Shown in pieces: positions 16,503 to 31,483 of a stretch of 64,000 nt of DNA (its first letter is position 1; the number at the start of each line of letters is the position of its first letter). Both the position numbers and the translations under genes were made by a program. The notes below the pieces were generated by a model. It was not told where the DNA came from and made no database searches. It worked only from the letters and a program-made list of their open reading frames with translations. Source of the stretch: the human T2T-CHM13v2.0 reference genome, Homo sapiens; NCBI RefSeq assembly GCF_009914755.1, contig NC_060933.1; one strand, 5' to 3'.

Positions 16503-16504
<2 letters not shown>

Positions 16505-16565
<61 letters not shown>
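16505..16565. repeat. (TA)n microsatellite, about 30 units
   Basis: Uninterrupted TA run. Confidence 0.99.
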
Positions 16566-16567
<2 letters not shown>

Positions 16568-17515
16568 CTAGATCCATGAGGGACCATAGCTCTCTGTTCT
16601 CTGAAAGCTTCTCTCCCTCCTTTGATGCCTTACCCTGCAAAAACTTGTCTGCATTGCTTGCTAGCTCTGTGGCTTTGGGCAGTTAACCAATGTCTCATGC
16701 TTGAGTTATTTCATCTTTAAAATGAAAGTGATGGATTCTGTGCACATCATTGGATTGTTGTGAGTTCAAGCAAGACAAAATGTTTGCATGAAAGCACTTG
16801 GTAAATTGTAGAGTTATGTCCAAATGACAAGTGTTACTCTTATTGAAAACATACTTGGAGGAAAAATCTAACATACAGTATCAGTTGACCACATTGTACA
16901 AAACTTAGTTTAAGGCCTCCTTTGCCTGTCATAGTTCATTGTGTACTGAATTCCCTCCAAACCTATCCAGGCAGAAGCCATCTTCTGGTGAATAATAGCA
17001 GAAAATGCCATCTGTTTCCCTTCTATTCATTATAAATCCTTAATGCCACCTTAGGCATGAGACTAGTGCCTGTGAATAAGTAAACTGTGTGTTTGTAATA
17101 CTCTGTTTTTAGTTCTTTCATTAATTGAGGAAAAGGTATAAGCATTTCACATTCTGAATTCATATGTTTATTACTTAGTACCGTGACCATAATTAAGGAA
17201 AGGCCCTGTCTCTACCTCTAAAGACTGTGCTTTTAACTTGGGAACTTCAGGGAATACAATGAAGAGCTGGGTTCTGGCAGCTGTACGCCAAGTGTGTGAG
17301 TGTGCACATGTGCATATGTGCCAGCTTTTGTAAGTGAGTCTTCTAGGCCAGTGTTTGTTATGGCGTGTGCAGCTTATGAGCTCTTGTAATATATGCATGT
17401 TGTTCGGGTCTTATTTCCTGTTCACTGCATGTAAAGCTGTGGAGTCCCTGTTTCCCTTTTGAAGTTTTCTCTCAAACAGTTCTAAAGGTACAGAAGAGTA
17501 GAGCAGAGAATATAG

Positions 17516-17866
<351 letters not shown>

Positions 17867-19473
17867 AATTGTTAACTTTTTAAAAATGCTCAACTATTCA
17901 TGTGAAGTAATCCAATATAGATAATACAGTGGATCAAGATTTGCTTTTTAATTTTAATTGACATCTAGAATCCAGTGATAAAGGGGAAGACAAAACCTTT
18001 CCTCGTCCTGTTGGCCTTTCTTGACCATACCATTTACACAAGTCCTGAACCTGTCAGGTGTTTTCAGAATTTGTGTTTGTGATTCCTTTTTCTTTTTTAT
18101 TACTTGTCTTTGCAATTTCCAGATTAGTCTCCTGAAATTAACTCTTAAGTGTACTTTTAAGTCTGTGGTGTGGCCCTCTACAAGGCTTTCATAAAATGTA
18201 ATAAATTAGTATCTACACTAAACAACATAATTAGAATTGATTATACATAGTGCGAAAGAGCTCTATGATTTAAATAAGGATTTCTGACAGATCTGTTTCT
18301 AACTAGCAGCCTCCTTATAAACACAAACAGTTATTTATAGTTATACTGCTAACTACTTTACAGGAGGTGGGGAGGGTAGAGCAAGAGGAAGAAAGGACCC
18401 GTTTGAGAAACTTAAGAAGAAGAGCTTCTGATCGCTTTAAAGATTTAACGTTTGGATTTATAAGCATTTCACATCAGGGAACCAAAGAGAGCAGATAATT
18501 TCATTTACTGTCATTGGGTTAATTTGATCTAGTAAGCAGCTTTGAGTATAGATTATAAATGACACCAATTTATATGTACATAGATTGTATAAATAAGATA
18601 TGAGTGAGGAACATGATGTACACTGGCATTTTCTTTGTTAGTGTCAATGTAATTTAAAATGACACTTACCGGATGGTGGATAGGATATTAAGTGATGGTC
18701 TCACATATAGTGCCACTTAAATGTTGCAGGTAAGTTAGTAAACCCTTTTAAATGAAGTAAGTATGGCAATACTTAAAAATACATATTTTGGAGAAAGCCA
18801 AGTTCCATTAGTGGAAAAACAGTGCTCCATTACCAAGGTAAGTTACTTAGCCTTGTTCTTCAAGATACTAGTGTTGTCTATGTAGCCAGTTGTCAGCAAG
18901 TAAATTGCTTTCCTTGAAATAGTTTCTGTGGTGATTTTTACTGACTTATCAAAAAGCCAGAATTTACTTCTGTGTTTCTGCGTTCACATCCTTTTTTCCT
19001 CCCATCAGTGAAACTGTTACGAGATTCATCTTTCTAAAATAAGATTTTAAAATTATCTTGCTTCCAGCCATGGCCCTTTTTCTCAGAAATCTTTAAAGGT
19101 TCCTCTTTTACCTAAAGCTCTTCATTGGTTATTTTGAGCTTGGTATTCAGTACTCTTCATCTTCTGGTGACAGCTTACTTTCTCTTTTCACTGCTTTGCC
19201 ACATATATCCTCTCTCTGATTGCCCAAGCTGCTTCCCTAAAAATGTGTCATTCATTTCCCTCTACCTTTGCCTGCACATTCTTCCTGCCTAACCACCGTA
19301 CTTAAGGGATAGTCAAAATTCAACTTACTTTTACAAAGCCTACCTTGACCCTCTAGCAGGAGTTTCTGGATTCTTTTATTATATTTATTATCTTATTTTC
19401 CTTTTTTAATTAGTTATTTTATTGCAAATATAATATCTCCCCAGTGAGATAAATTCCTAAAGGGATAGCTTAA

Positions 19474-19806
<333 letters not shown>

Positions 19807-20369
19807 TAACATTTGCTTTTCCTTATGTTATATATAACAAGATCTCTTTAAGTCTTTACAGATATGGTGACTAACCATCATCAAAGTAGATGAGACATAG
19901 ATGTCTCTCATGTAGATTAGACCCATTAAGTCGAATACAATATATTAGTAACTTTTAGAACTAGGAACTTCTTCAAGATTTTCTTGACTCTTGATAGCAT
20001 TCCTAAAATCTCTTAATGTTTTATAAAATATAAAAGAGCTATTTTAAAAAGCCATGTACTTTGTTGGTTTAGTTTAGGGCAGTTAGTTATTGAGAGTACT
20101 CATGATATAGAAAAGATATATAAACTTGCTCAAAATTTTGAGAATAGGGCTCAGATAGCTGTTTCCTTTTAATCTCTTCCTGACCAGTAGGATGTTTCAA
20201 TATGGACTATTGACCTTATTAATGGGGAGAGTAAAAATAACTTGTCAGTGTTCTGAGTTGCCAAGGGCTAAATAGATGAATCTTCTGGCAAACTCAAAGA
20301 GATAAATTGTTTCTTCAACCACCCTGGTAACTGTACGGACACTTTTCTGCCTATCATGCTGGTGCCTGA

Positions 20370-20807
<438 letters not shown>

Positions 20808-21119
20808 CCCACGATTCCTATTTTTACTGCCTCTGTCAGAGACTTGTGTTTCAGCTCCACTCTTGTCATCCCTACCCCTGAATCAAATGTATTTCCCAGC
20901 TTTCCTATTTAAAAAAAAAAAAAAATGCTGTCATTATCTCTTAGCTTGGCCAGACCTGTAGTCATCTTTTTCCTTCTCCCACCTTCCATTTACTTCAGCA
21001 ATATTTATTTATTCAAATATTAACAGTGTTTAACCTCAGTTGGTAATTATGGGTGATTTTTATTATTTTTCTTTTAGCTTCTCTGGGTTTTCAAATTTAT
21101 TTACAAGCATGTACTGCTT

Positions 21120-21790
21120 TTTTTTGTTATTGACTTTTATTTGTAGAAAATTTCCAATATGTAGAAAAGCAGAGTAGTTACAGTGATCCCTCATCGTCCA
21201 GCTTCAACAGTTGTCAGGTCACTGCCAATCATAATTGATGTCTGATCCCACCTACTCTGCCCTAACTGTGTTATTTGAAGCTGGTCCCAGACAATATGTT
21301 TTCATCTGTAAACACTTATAAAATGTAATTTGTATCTTCAAATGATGAGGAAATGTTTTTATGAAACAACCACACTACCATTGTCAGTTTTTTAAATGTT
21401 ATCAAATATCCAGTTAGGTTCAATTCTATAATTGTCTCCTATTAAAAAAATTATTTATTCAAATTATGATTCTAAGTCCACAAGTTATATTTAGTTGATA
21501 TTTCTCTTATGTGTCTTAAAATTTAGGTCCCCCCTTCATCTTTTTTCTCCTCTCGCAGCTTATTTGTTGAAGAAATTGGATTGTTTATCCTGAAGGGCCT
21601 ATCACATTCTGGATTTTGCTGATTGCATTTCCATAGTGTCTCTTAACTTGTTCTTCTATCTTTTCTGAAAACTGGTAGTTAGATTTAGAAGCTAAACCTA
21701 ATTGGAGTTTTATTGGTTTTCTCAAAATACATACTAAGGATATTATATACATCCTATTGCATCATATGTGGAGGTGTATAGTGTTTGATT
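21120..21790 (-). mobile_element. Old L1M (L1MC/ME-like) 3' fragment
   Basis: ttttatttgtagaaaatttccaatatgtagaaaag... and cacattctggattttgctgattgcat-type antisense L1M 3'UTR motifs. Confidence 0.55.
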
Positions 21791-21880
21791 AAGACGGGGC
21801 AGTGAGGTATATGATGAATGTAGGTAGCGATTATCAGTGGCACCTGACAATGTAATACCTCTTAAGTTAAAAACAAAACA

Positions 21881-22205
21881 GGCCGGGCACAGTGGCTCAC
21901 GCCTGTAATCCCAGCACTTTGGGAAGCCAAGGTGGGTGGATCACGAGGTCAAGAGTTCAAGACCAGCCTGGCTGGCCAAGATGATGAAACCCCATCTCTA
22001 CTAAAAATACAAAAAAATTAGCCAGGCATGATGGCAGGTGCCTATAATCCCAGCTACTTGGGAAGCTAAGGCAGAGAATTGCTTGAACCTGGGAGGTGGA
22101 GGTTGCAGTCAGAGCTGAGATCGCACCACTGCACTCCAGCCTGGGCGACACAGGGAGACTCTGTCTCAAAAAAAAAACAACAACAAAACAAAACAAAACA
22201 AAAAA
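21881..22205 (+). mobile_element. AluS with (CAAAA)n tail
   Basis: ggccgggcacagtggctcacgcctgtaatcccagc...ctctgtctcaaaa. Confidence 0.97.
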
Positions 22206-24234
22206 TAGTAATCAGTCTGACCAAATCCTTAGTTCTCATTTTCGTTTCTGCCTTTATCACCATTTATTTCCTCCCCCAACTCTTAAAACAACCTTTTCTT
22301 TATTTACTGTGTTTGATGACCCTAGACTTTCCTTGTTCCTTCTTACTTCTTCATAGTTGTCTTTGTTTTCTCAACTCTTACTCTTCTCACTGGTTCATAT
22401 GAAGGTACTGATTTTATAAGTGGTAATTTCTTCCTTAAGAACATAGCCACATTCATGGTTTCAAACTCTACCATGTTGGCAACTCTCAAATCTCCATTTG
22501 AAAGCTTAAACCTCACCCAGGGTCTGGATTTTGTCACATTCCAAGTTACAAACACAGCAGCACAAAATGTTGGTGAGTCTGTGCCCTGAACTTCTAACCA
22601 GGCTGATGCTGTCATCTGGTGGTCACCATGGGAACTAGCTGACCCTACTGGCTCTTCCCTACTCCCCTTCTTTCTTCTTTGTCAGGGGTTAATGTACTTT
22701 CTCTGAGCCTAGCCCCTCCACCTCAGTTCCTTTATCTTCTCCTGATTTAGTTAATTCCACCCCCGGCAGCCCTTTATATTTATGGCCCCTTACATATAAC
22801 CTTCCTTCTATCTTGTCCATAACCTGTGGTTTCCCTTTCTTCCATCTGCCTGTCTTCCACTTTGTTTCTTGTATTTGTGAGCTTTTCAAAATTCAGTAAT
22901 GGTTAAGAGGCATGCAAATAAGCTAGTGATGTGCCTATATCAAGGAAAAGCAAGGGTGCGAGTTTGGTCAGAATCAGTTTATAAAGTTCATGAAGAACAA
23001 ATTAATACTAAGTCCTTTTAAATGTACCCAGAAATCTCCTCCAGAATCTTCTGAAAAGTTTCTATTCCTTTCTTAATCTCTTCTAATCAGAGTTGGTTTT
23101 CTTCTTCAACCAAATACCTTCAAAATAGAAGCTGTTTCATGTCAATATGGATTTTTTCTTTTGGTTTACAACCAGCAGGGAAAGAAAGAGCACAGTTTAT
23201 GTACTTCTTACCTAAAGAATCTAGCATTCCGTTTTTTAAATCTTAACAGTCTTACAAAGTAAGACTTTATTCTTGTATAAAAGGAGAAACAGGCTCCTTG
23301 TCAGTAACAGGCAGGCCGTGGATTCCAACCAGGTTAGAATGACTCTAAGCGTCCATCTTTTACTGGATTGTGCTGTCTCCTAATGTTGTAATGCTTTTTT
23401 TCTTCATGGCTTAATTAAGCATGTGGTTTTCCAGCTACTTCTAGGTTAAATTAGATTGTCGTGGACCAGTCTAGCTTAGGAGCCTAGCTAGTGTCTTTAC
23501 CATTATTCCTATGAGAAAACATGTTTTAAACTCGTGTTTTGGCTTACAGAGGAAATTTTGGAACCCACGTTCCTCGTTGTTTGAGTTTAGTCCCAGCTTT
23601 TCCAGTTTTGCTCCTGACATTTCAGTTCCTATTTCAGCTTCCCCATGTGTTAGAGGTATCACTATTTCTGTTTTTCTAAGCTAGCAACCTTGGAATCATA
23701 ATCATCTTGTCTTGCGTCTTTGTGAACTGTGTACACAATCTGTCACTAAAGCTTGTCATTTCTTGTTGAAACTCACTTTCAGTTTTGTCCCATACTCTTC
23801 CATTCCCACTGTGGCCACACTGGTCTCCGGAGACTTCTCACCTCCTTGCTTCCCTCTCTGTTCCTTCCTTTTTTTTAACCTTCTCTCCTTCCAGGAACAG
23901 CCACTGAGCACCCAACCCGACCCAGAGATTTTTCTAGGCACTTAAGAGTGCCAGCTCTGATACCAATTATCTGTGAAGACTCAAAAAAGTCACCATCTTT
24001 GTCTCTTAAATGGGATTAATTATACTTGCCTTATCTCAAGAAGAGGGGCTTACTCTGAGGAACTAAAGGATGTGTACATAAAAGTATAAAACAAACAATG
24101 TAGAAGAAAATGTGAAGGAAATACAGACTTAAGGTGGCATTATATTGCAGTGTGTGACTCAGGATTGAGAGTAAAAAGTAATAACCATTGAACAAATAAA
24201 TCATAAATGGTCTGCAGCCCAACCGAAATGTTAA

Positions 24235-24441
<207 letters not shown>

Positions 24442-24488
24442 TAAGCTTTAAATTTTCATGAATAATGTCTATGAAAATAGAAGGTGGA

Positions 24489-24794
24489 GGCTGGGCCTGG
24501 TGGCTCATGCCTATAATCCCAGCACTTTGGGAGGCTGAGGTGGGCAGATCGCCCGATCTCAGGAGTTCATGGCCAGCCTGGGCAACATGACAAAACCGCA
24601 TCTCTACCAACATACAAAAAATTAGTCGGGCATGGTGGCATGCACCTGTAGTCCCAGCTACTCAGGGGGCTGAGGTAGGAGGATTACCTGAGCCTGGGAG
24701 GTCGAAGCTGCAGTGAGCAGACATCATGCCACTGCACTCCCAGCTGAGTAATAGAGAGAGACCCTGTCTCAGAAAAAAAAACAAAAACAAAAAC
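24489..24794 (+). mobile_element. AluJ, 73 nt downstream of the exon 5 donor
   Basis: Dimeric Alu with J-type right arm (ggaggattacctgagcctgggaggtcgaagctgcagtgag). Confidence 0.95.
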
Positions 24795-25349
24795 AGTAGG
24801 TGGCCTAACTGGAGATATTTAAAACAAATTTTTTAGATGAGAACATTTTATCTTTCAGTTCAAAATTTCAGGTAGAGCTAGGAATCTGGAAATTTGTTTA
24901 GAGATTCTCTAGTCGTTGTAACAAAACTGTGATTTTTTTTGAGTTCTTAAAAGTAGCATTCAATCTTATGATTTTTGAGGATCTCAGTTTCAGAATTCAG
25001 GTCCAACTGAATATATTTTTATGTGTAGTATCAAATGAAATGTGAAAGTGCTTTGTAAACATCAACATGCTAGGTAACTGTTATCTGGCCATCTAATAAT
25101 TATATTTGACCTTGAGATAAGGAGACTGCATGAGATAGTTTTACAGTTGAAAAATTAAATACTAAGTTTTAGTTATGACATTTGTATGCTGTAGTTTTTG
25201 TGCATGTGGGATTTCAGATGCCAGTATATCTCTCTGCTCTAGCAGTTGTCCACTTGCAACCCAATGGCTCCCCCACTCCCCACTTTACATACAGCATAAG
25301 TGCTAGTTCACATCTTAGCTCCATCTTTGTAGTTATTATTATTATTGAT

Positions 25350-26000
25350 TGTAACAGTTTTATTGAGTTATAATTCACATCATAAAGTTCACCCACTTAA
25401 AGTGTAAAATTCAGTGGTTTTTAGAATACTCAGAGTTGTACAGCCAGCAAACACTACAGTCAATTTTAGAATATCTTCACTCCAAAGAGAAACCCTGTAG
25501 CCACTAGCAGTCACTCCCCTTTCCTCCCAAACTCCTTAGCCCTAGGCAACAACTGCTCCTTTTTGTCTGTAGATTTGCTTATTCTGCACATTTTATATAA
25601 ATGAATCATACAATATGTGGTCTTTTGTGACTGGCTTCTTTCACTTAGCATGTTTTCAAGGTTCATTTATGTTGTAGCACGTATGAGTACTTCAGTCATT
25701 TTGATGGCTAAGTAATACTTCAGTGTATGGATATGGCATATGTCATATATCCGTTCGTTGATGGACATTTGGTTTGTTTCTTTTGGCCATTGTAGCTAAT
25801 GCTGCAGTGAACATTTGTGTACAAGTTGTATGTAGTTTCATGTTTTCAGTTATCTTGGGTATATACCTAGGAGTTGAATTACTGTATCATATGATAACTC
25901 TATTTAATGGTTTGAAGAACTGCCATACTATTTTCTTAAAGTGCCTGAACCATTTTACATTCCTGCCAGCAGTGTATGAAGGTTCCAGGTTTTCCACATT
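25350..26000 (-). mobile_element. L1MB-like 3' end
   Basis: ttttattgagttataattcacatcataaagttcacccacttaaagtg...ggcttctttcacttagcatgttttcaaggttcat. Confidence 0.8.
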
Positions 26001-26397
26001 ATAATTATTATTTTTTAATAACATTTTCTAGTGGTTAGCATCAAAGATAATATACTTAATACTGAGTACATTGCAGTTGATAGGGAAGTGATGTTCTACA
26101 TGCTTGGTTCCTGGGCTGCTGGAATATCAGTCTATGGCTAAGTTTCTTAAAAAGAATTCATAAGGCACCAACAGATAAACTGATAACTTTTTTTTTGCCC
26201 CAGTCTTTGAGTTGTTCATCTTTTAAAGCATGTTATTGTCCACATTTTCTTTAAAGAAATATAAATTCAGTGACTTTTGGTGTAGTGATTCACTTGAGTT
26301 TAATAATGCCGTAAGTATTGTAGGTCATGTGGGCTGAAATGCTTTGATAATTTGGGTTGGGAGAAGAGACTTTTGAACCTAAAGATGTGAGTTGTGA

Positions 26398-26679
<282 letters not shown>

Positions 26680-26844
26680 TGAAACTCAGCTTAAACTTGC
26701 ACTTTATTAGATTGCCAACAGGTAAGAAGATCTCATGGTCTTGCCTGCTCTGAAGCCAGAGTTACCTGACTTAAAAAGATGCCTGCTGATGAAAGGTTGC
26801 CCTTCCAGAAAATATCATTAGGCATGTTAATTATAATAACAGTA

Positions 26845-27460
26845 GTAACTAACATTTATAGGGCACCTACTATGTGCCAATCGTCTAATAGGTCTTTTAC
26901 GTATATTACCTCATTTAATCCCTTCTCAAATACTGTGCAGTAGCTAGCCCTGCTATTTTCATATTTCAGTTCCTAAAAATATGCCTTTCTTGCTTTCTTA
27001 GAACTTTTGCACATGCTGTCTCCTGGAGCATACTTTACCCTACTGTTTCTCAGCCTCATACCCACCTTTCCCGTAGGAAGTTTTTTCTAGTCCTCAAAAA
27101 TCTTAGGAGTCCCTGCCAGGGACTGTCATAGCACACTGAACTGGGACCGTTGAGGCACTTATGCGTTATGTTGTAACTGTTTATTTATTTGCCTATATAT
27201 TCTATTAGGTGCAAGCTGCTTGAGAGCAGCCTTGTATTCCCAGCATCCATCACAGTGCCTAATACATGGTAGATCCTCAGTAGATATTTGTTGAGTCCAT
27301 GAGTCTTCAAAAGAACTTAATTAGGTAGGTGTTATTACCCTTTAATTCACAGATGAGGAAACCACCTTGAGGAGGTTAAATAATATGGCCAGCTTCATGT
27401 GGATGATAAGCCGAAGAGCTGAGATTTGAACCTGGGCATTTCTGACCCAAACCCCTTATC
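26845..27460. mobile_element. MIR interrupted by an L2 3' fragment
   Basis: MIR halves (gcacctactatgtgcca...; acagatgaggaaac...gaggttaaataa) separated by L2-like end (acagtgcctaatacatggtagatcctcagtagatatttgttga). Confidence 0.6.
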
Positions 27461-27590
27461 ACAAGCTGTCACAGCATTTTTTCAAACTACTGTCTTGGCC
27501 TTGGAGACAGCTGGAGAGCCAGCAGCATTAGTCTATTCAAATTGCATGTATAATTTTGAGATTTCTGGATTCCCTGGGGACTCTCAATTT

Positions 27591-27678
27591 TCCCATCCAA
27601 GTACTAAGCAGGCCCGACCCTGCTTAGCTTCCAAGATCAGACGAGATCGGGCGTGTTTAGGGTGGTATGGCCGTAGAT
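27591..27678 (-). pseudogene. 5S rRNA pseudogene, nt 1-88 only, tailless, with TSD
   Basis: Reverse complement ATCTACGGCCATACCACCCTAAACACGCCCGATCTCGTCTGATCTTGGAAGCTAAGCAGGGTCGGGCCTGCTTAGTACTTGGATGGGA; 5 differences from human 5S in 88 nt; flanked by GACTCTCAATT at 27579 and 27679. Confidence 0.97.
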
Positions 27679-28196
27679 GACTCTCAATTCTCAACCAGCT
27701 AAGGGGTCCTTGTCAGTGGTTGCTGTAGGTCTCTGTGGGTCCTGACCCATAATTTTGGTAGGTTTTTGAAGCTTCAGTATGAGGACTGGCATTCTTTTGT
27801 ATCTATTATTTTTTTCCCTGGAGTATATTCGTGCCCTTCCTTTCATCCTCAGTGAGAAGACTTCTAAATTAAAATGCATGGTTTCTACCTAGTACGTGTA
27901 TAGGTGGTGTACATTAGGACACCTTTAACAGTCACAATTGTTATGTATGTCTTTCATTGGAAACCAAGATCATGAGGCAGATAGTGTGAAACTGCTATTT
28001 TAGCATTTTGTGGGATTTAGTTGACATCATTAATGTGCAAACCAGTGTGGATATTTAATATTTTTCTTGAGTCTAATATTTGTTATGTAATATTGTGTAC
28101 ATATGTCTATGTATAAAGAAATGTCTGAAAGGAGGTTCATCCAAATATGGCAGTAAGGGGATGATTTTCAAAGTTCTTTTTGCAAATTTTTTTTAG

Positions 28197-28321
28197 GTAC
28201 ATGGCCCCTGAAGTTCTCGATGATTCCATAAATATGAAACATTTTGAATCCTTCAAACGTGCTGACATCTATGCAATGGGCTTAGTATTCTGGGAAATTG
28301 CTCGACGATGTTCCATTGGTG
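28197..28321 (+). CDS. TGFBR1: TGFBR1 exon 7 (125 nt): APE motif
   Basis: ttttag|GTAC acceptor, GGTG|gtaaat donor; [41 protein letters not shown]. Confidence 0.99.
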
Positions 28322-29355
28322 GTAAATTGCTCTCCTCTCCCCCAGTAGTTTGTCATGAGCAGAAGTTGTTCAAGAATTGTCTTCTTTTTTTAATTGAATG
28401 AAATTATGTACAGTCCATTATCTGAAACAGGATGTCACCGAGTGCCAGAGAAAACAAAGGCGATGAAACCTTTGGGAGGGGACAGTGCCATGGTGTGCAC
28501 ATGCACAGCTCTAGCCTAGTGTATTCTCTTCCTGTTTCCATTTGAATCTGGAGACTCATCAGAACCCAACCCCTTGTTATATTGGAATATAGTTCTTTAG
28601 AATGGACAGCTGCTTGAGAGGCTCACCTAGGAAGCTGTTTCTAGCATGTACCTGGGTGTCAAACTTATTTTTTTTCTTTGAGATTGTGGTTATTTTCTCC
28701 AACTTGATAGTTACAGTTACATACACAGAATACAATTATGTTACCATTGTGTTGTATTCTAGAGTTAGTTTGTTTTAACTTCTAGCTTTTTAGATGGAGT
28801 ACTTTTAATGTTTACTCAGGAAACAGTCTCTTAGGCTTGGGGACCTAGACTTGGCTGAGACCTAGTGCCTTAGGTTTTTGAAGCAGTGAGGGACAGAGTA
28901 TTTCTCTGTATTGTAGTAAATAGGATATATTATTGACAGATGCAAGTAGAGAAAGGGACTTGGCACCTTAAACTTGCCTCATAAGATTCAAGTCTCACTG
29001 ATAGGGTATATATATCCCTGTGCAAGTGAGAGCCTGTGCACTTACAGAATAGAATCTCATTTGCTGCACAATAGGGTTCTAGGGGAAAATGTCAATCTGG
29101 TCATCACAGCTCATAGTTTACTGTCATTTCAAATAGGCTTTATTGATCTCATGGCAATACTTAGTTTCAAGGTGTGGGTGGAATATCAACTCAGGGAAGT
29201 GGCTTGTGGATACAGATGTGGATGAGATAGAGAAAGCTGTAATCTCTGTTCCACATACCTACTTTAGTAATGAAACACTGTAATAGGTCTCTCAGGTGAT
29301 CTTTTAATGCCTTGGCATTAGCTGAATAAATTCATCAAAATTTAATTTTTTTTAA

Positions 29356-29511
<156 letters not shown>

Positions 29512-30429
29512 TGATATTAGGCAATTTTCTAAACTGCTTCTGCTTAGTAAGCAAAAGTTTGCTACTTTTCTTTAAGGAAAACTTTTCTTTAAGAATTTTC
29601 TTTTTCATAGCAGTCAAACCAATGTTTAAAAACAGAATAATTTGGTTTTCATATTCAATTGTAAGCACATTGAAAGGGCCATGGAACATTTGCAGTGGCC
29701 TTTAGTGTATCAGAACATAGTTTAGATCTGCCGGGCGAACTAAGGCACATATTTTTAAATGAATGCCTCCCTTCAGCCGGGGCAACCCAGAACACTAGAC
29801 AGTTACCGGACATGAATGAGGAGCCCTGTATTCTAGACCAGCCTGGCTACCATTTCAAGGGTCTGACTCTGAACAAATCCCTTTAGTTCTCTGGACTTTA
29901 ATATCCCTTTGCAAGGTGAGGAACTCAGATAAGGTGATTACAAAGGTGTTTCAAATGATTTTCCGTTTTATTCATCTGATTGCCCAGATAACCGTTAACC
30001 AGGAATTTAGGGAAAATGCTTTTTTCCAGCAGTATCTGAGCTGCTCAACTTCAGCTCTAACAAAAAGTTTTAGAAACGTTTTTGTAATTGTAAATTTAAA
30101 GATTCGTAAGATGAATTTTATTTAACCTCTCCTTAATTGCTAGCTGTTACTATTACAATATTGGTGAAGCAGAGCATATTCCTCCAGGTTTGAAGATTTG
30201 TAGCTTAAAAAGGCTATAAAAAGCTGTTCAGTTCAGTAGTTGATTTTACGTCTTAAACTATTGTAGGACTCAGCAGAACCTCTGATAAGCAAGAGAGCTT
30301 GCTACCTCCAACAAAATCACATCTCCAGGCCCAAATAAATAAAATGTATTTCAGCATGCTTAAGGAATTTGCATGTGACATAGTTTAATAAATGAGAGTG
30401 CTGCTAGATTTTGTCTTTTAGAAATTTGA

Positions 30430-30566
30430 TCTACTTGGGAGGCTGAAGTGGGAGGATTGCTGGAGCCTGGGAGGTCAAGGCTGCAGTGAGCTGAGGGCAT
30501 GCCATTGCATTCCACTTTGGGCGGCAGAGTGAGACCCTGTCTCAAAAAAAAAAAAAAGAAAGAAAA
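30430..30566 (+). mobile_element. Alu right-arm fragment (J-type)
   Basis: ctacttgggaggctgaagtgggaggattgct...gagaccctgtctcaaaa; TSD AAATTTGAT. Confidence 0.92.
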
Positions 30567-30891
30567 ATTTGATGTGAATACTTCAAAGTACAAACTTAAA
30601 ATTTCAGTGTGAGGTCAGATTTCTTCTTTGCTTTGCCCAGCTCTGGTTTAGGATTCGGCCTTTTCAGGTTTGCTAAATGAGTCACTCTTTGTCCACCTGC
30701 TTTCCAGCACTGGCACCAGTACCCTATTGATGGAAATTTATGTAATTTCTACTCATTTGCTATTACAAATAATGCTTAAACAATAACAAGTGTATATGTC
30801 ATTTAAAAAGAAAATTTACACGTAAAAATTCTTATCCAGACCAATGGAAAATGGTGCATGCATTAATTTTTTTTTTTATATTTTCTTGTAG

Positions 30892-31017
<126 letters not shown>

Positions 31018-31091
31018 TTCTACAGCTTTGCCTGAACTCTCCTTTTTTCTTCAGATCTGCTCCTGGGTTTTAATTTGGGAGGTCAATTGTT

Positions 31092-31099
31092 CTACCTCA
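31092..31099 (+). promoter_or_regulatory. let-7/miR-98 8mer site (UTR position 75-82)
   Basis: CTACCTCA; TGFBR1 is an established let-7 target. Confidence 0.85.
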
Positions 31100-31442
31100 C
31101 TGAGAGGGAACAGAAGGATATTGCTTCCTTTTGCAGCAGTGTAATAAAGTCAATTAAAAACTTCCCAGGATTTCTTTGGACCCAGGAAACAGCCATGTGG
31201 GTCCTTTCTGTGCACTATGAACGCTTCTTTCCCAGGACAGAAAATGTGTAGTCTACCTTTATTTTTTATTAACAAAACTTGTTTTTTAAAAAGATGATTG
31301 CTGGTCTTAACTTTAGGTAACTCTGCTGTGCTGGAGATCATCTTTAAGGGCAAAGGAGTTGGATTGCTGAATTACAATGAAACATGTCTTATTACTAAAG
31401 AAAGTGATTTACTCCTGGTTAGTACATTCTCAGAGGATTCTG

Positions 31443-31483
31443 AACCACTAGAGTTTCCTTGATTCAGACTTTGAATGTACTGT
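31443..31483 (+). promoter_or_regulatory. miRNA seed cluster: miR-140-5p 8mer, miR-181 8mer, miR-101 7mer-m8
   Basis: AACCACTA 31443-31450; TGAATGTA 31472-31479; GTACTGT 31477-31483. Confidence 0.6.
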
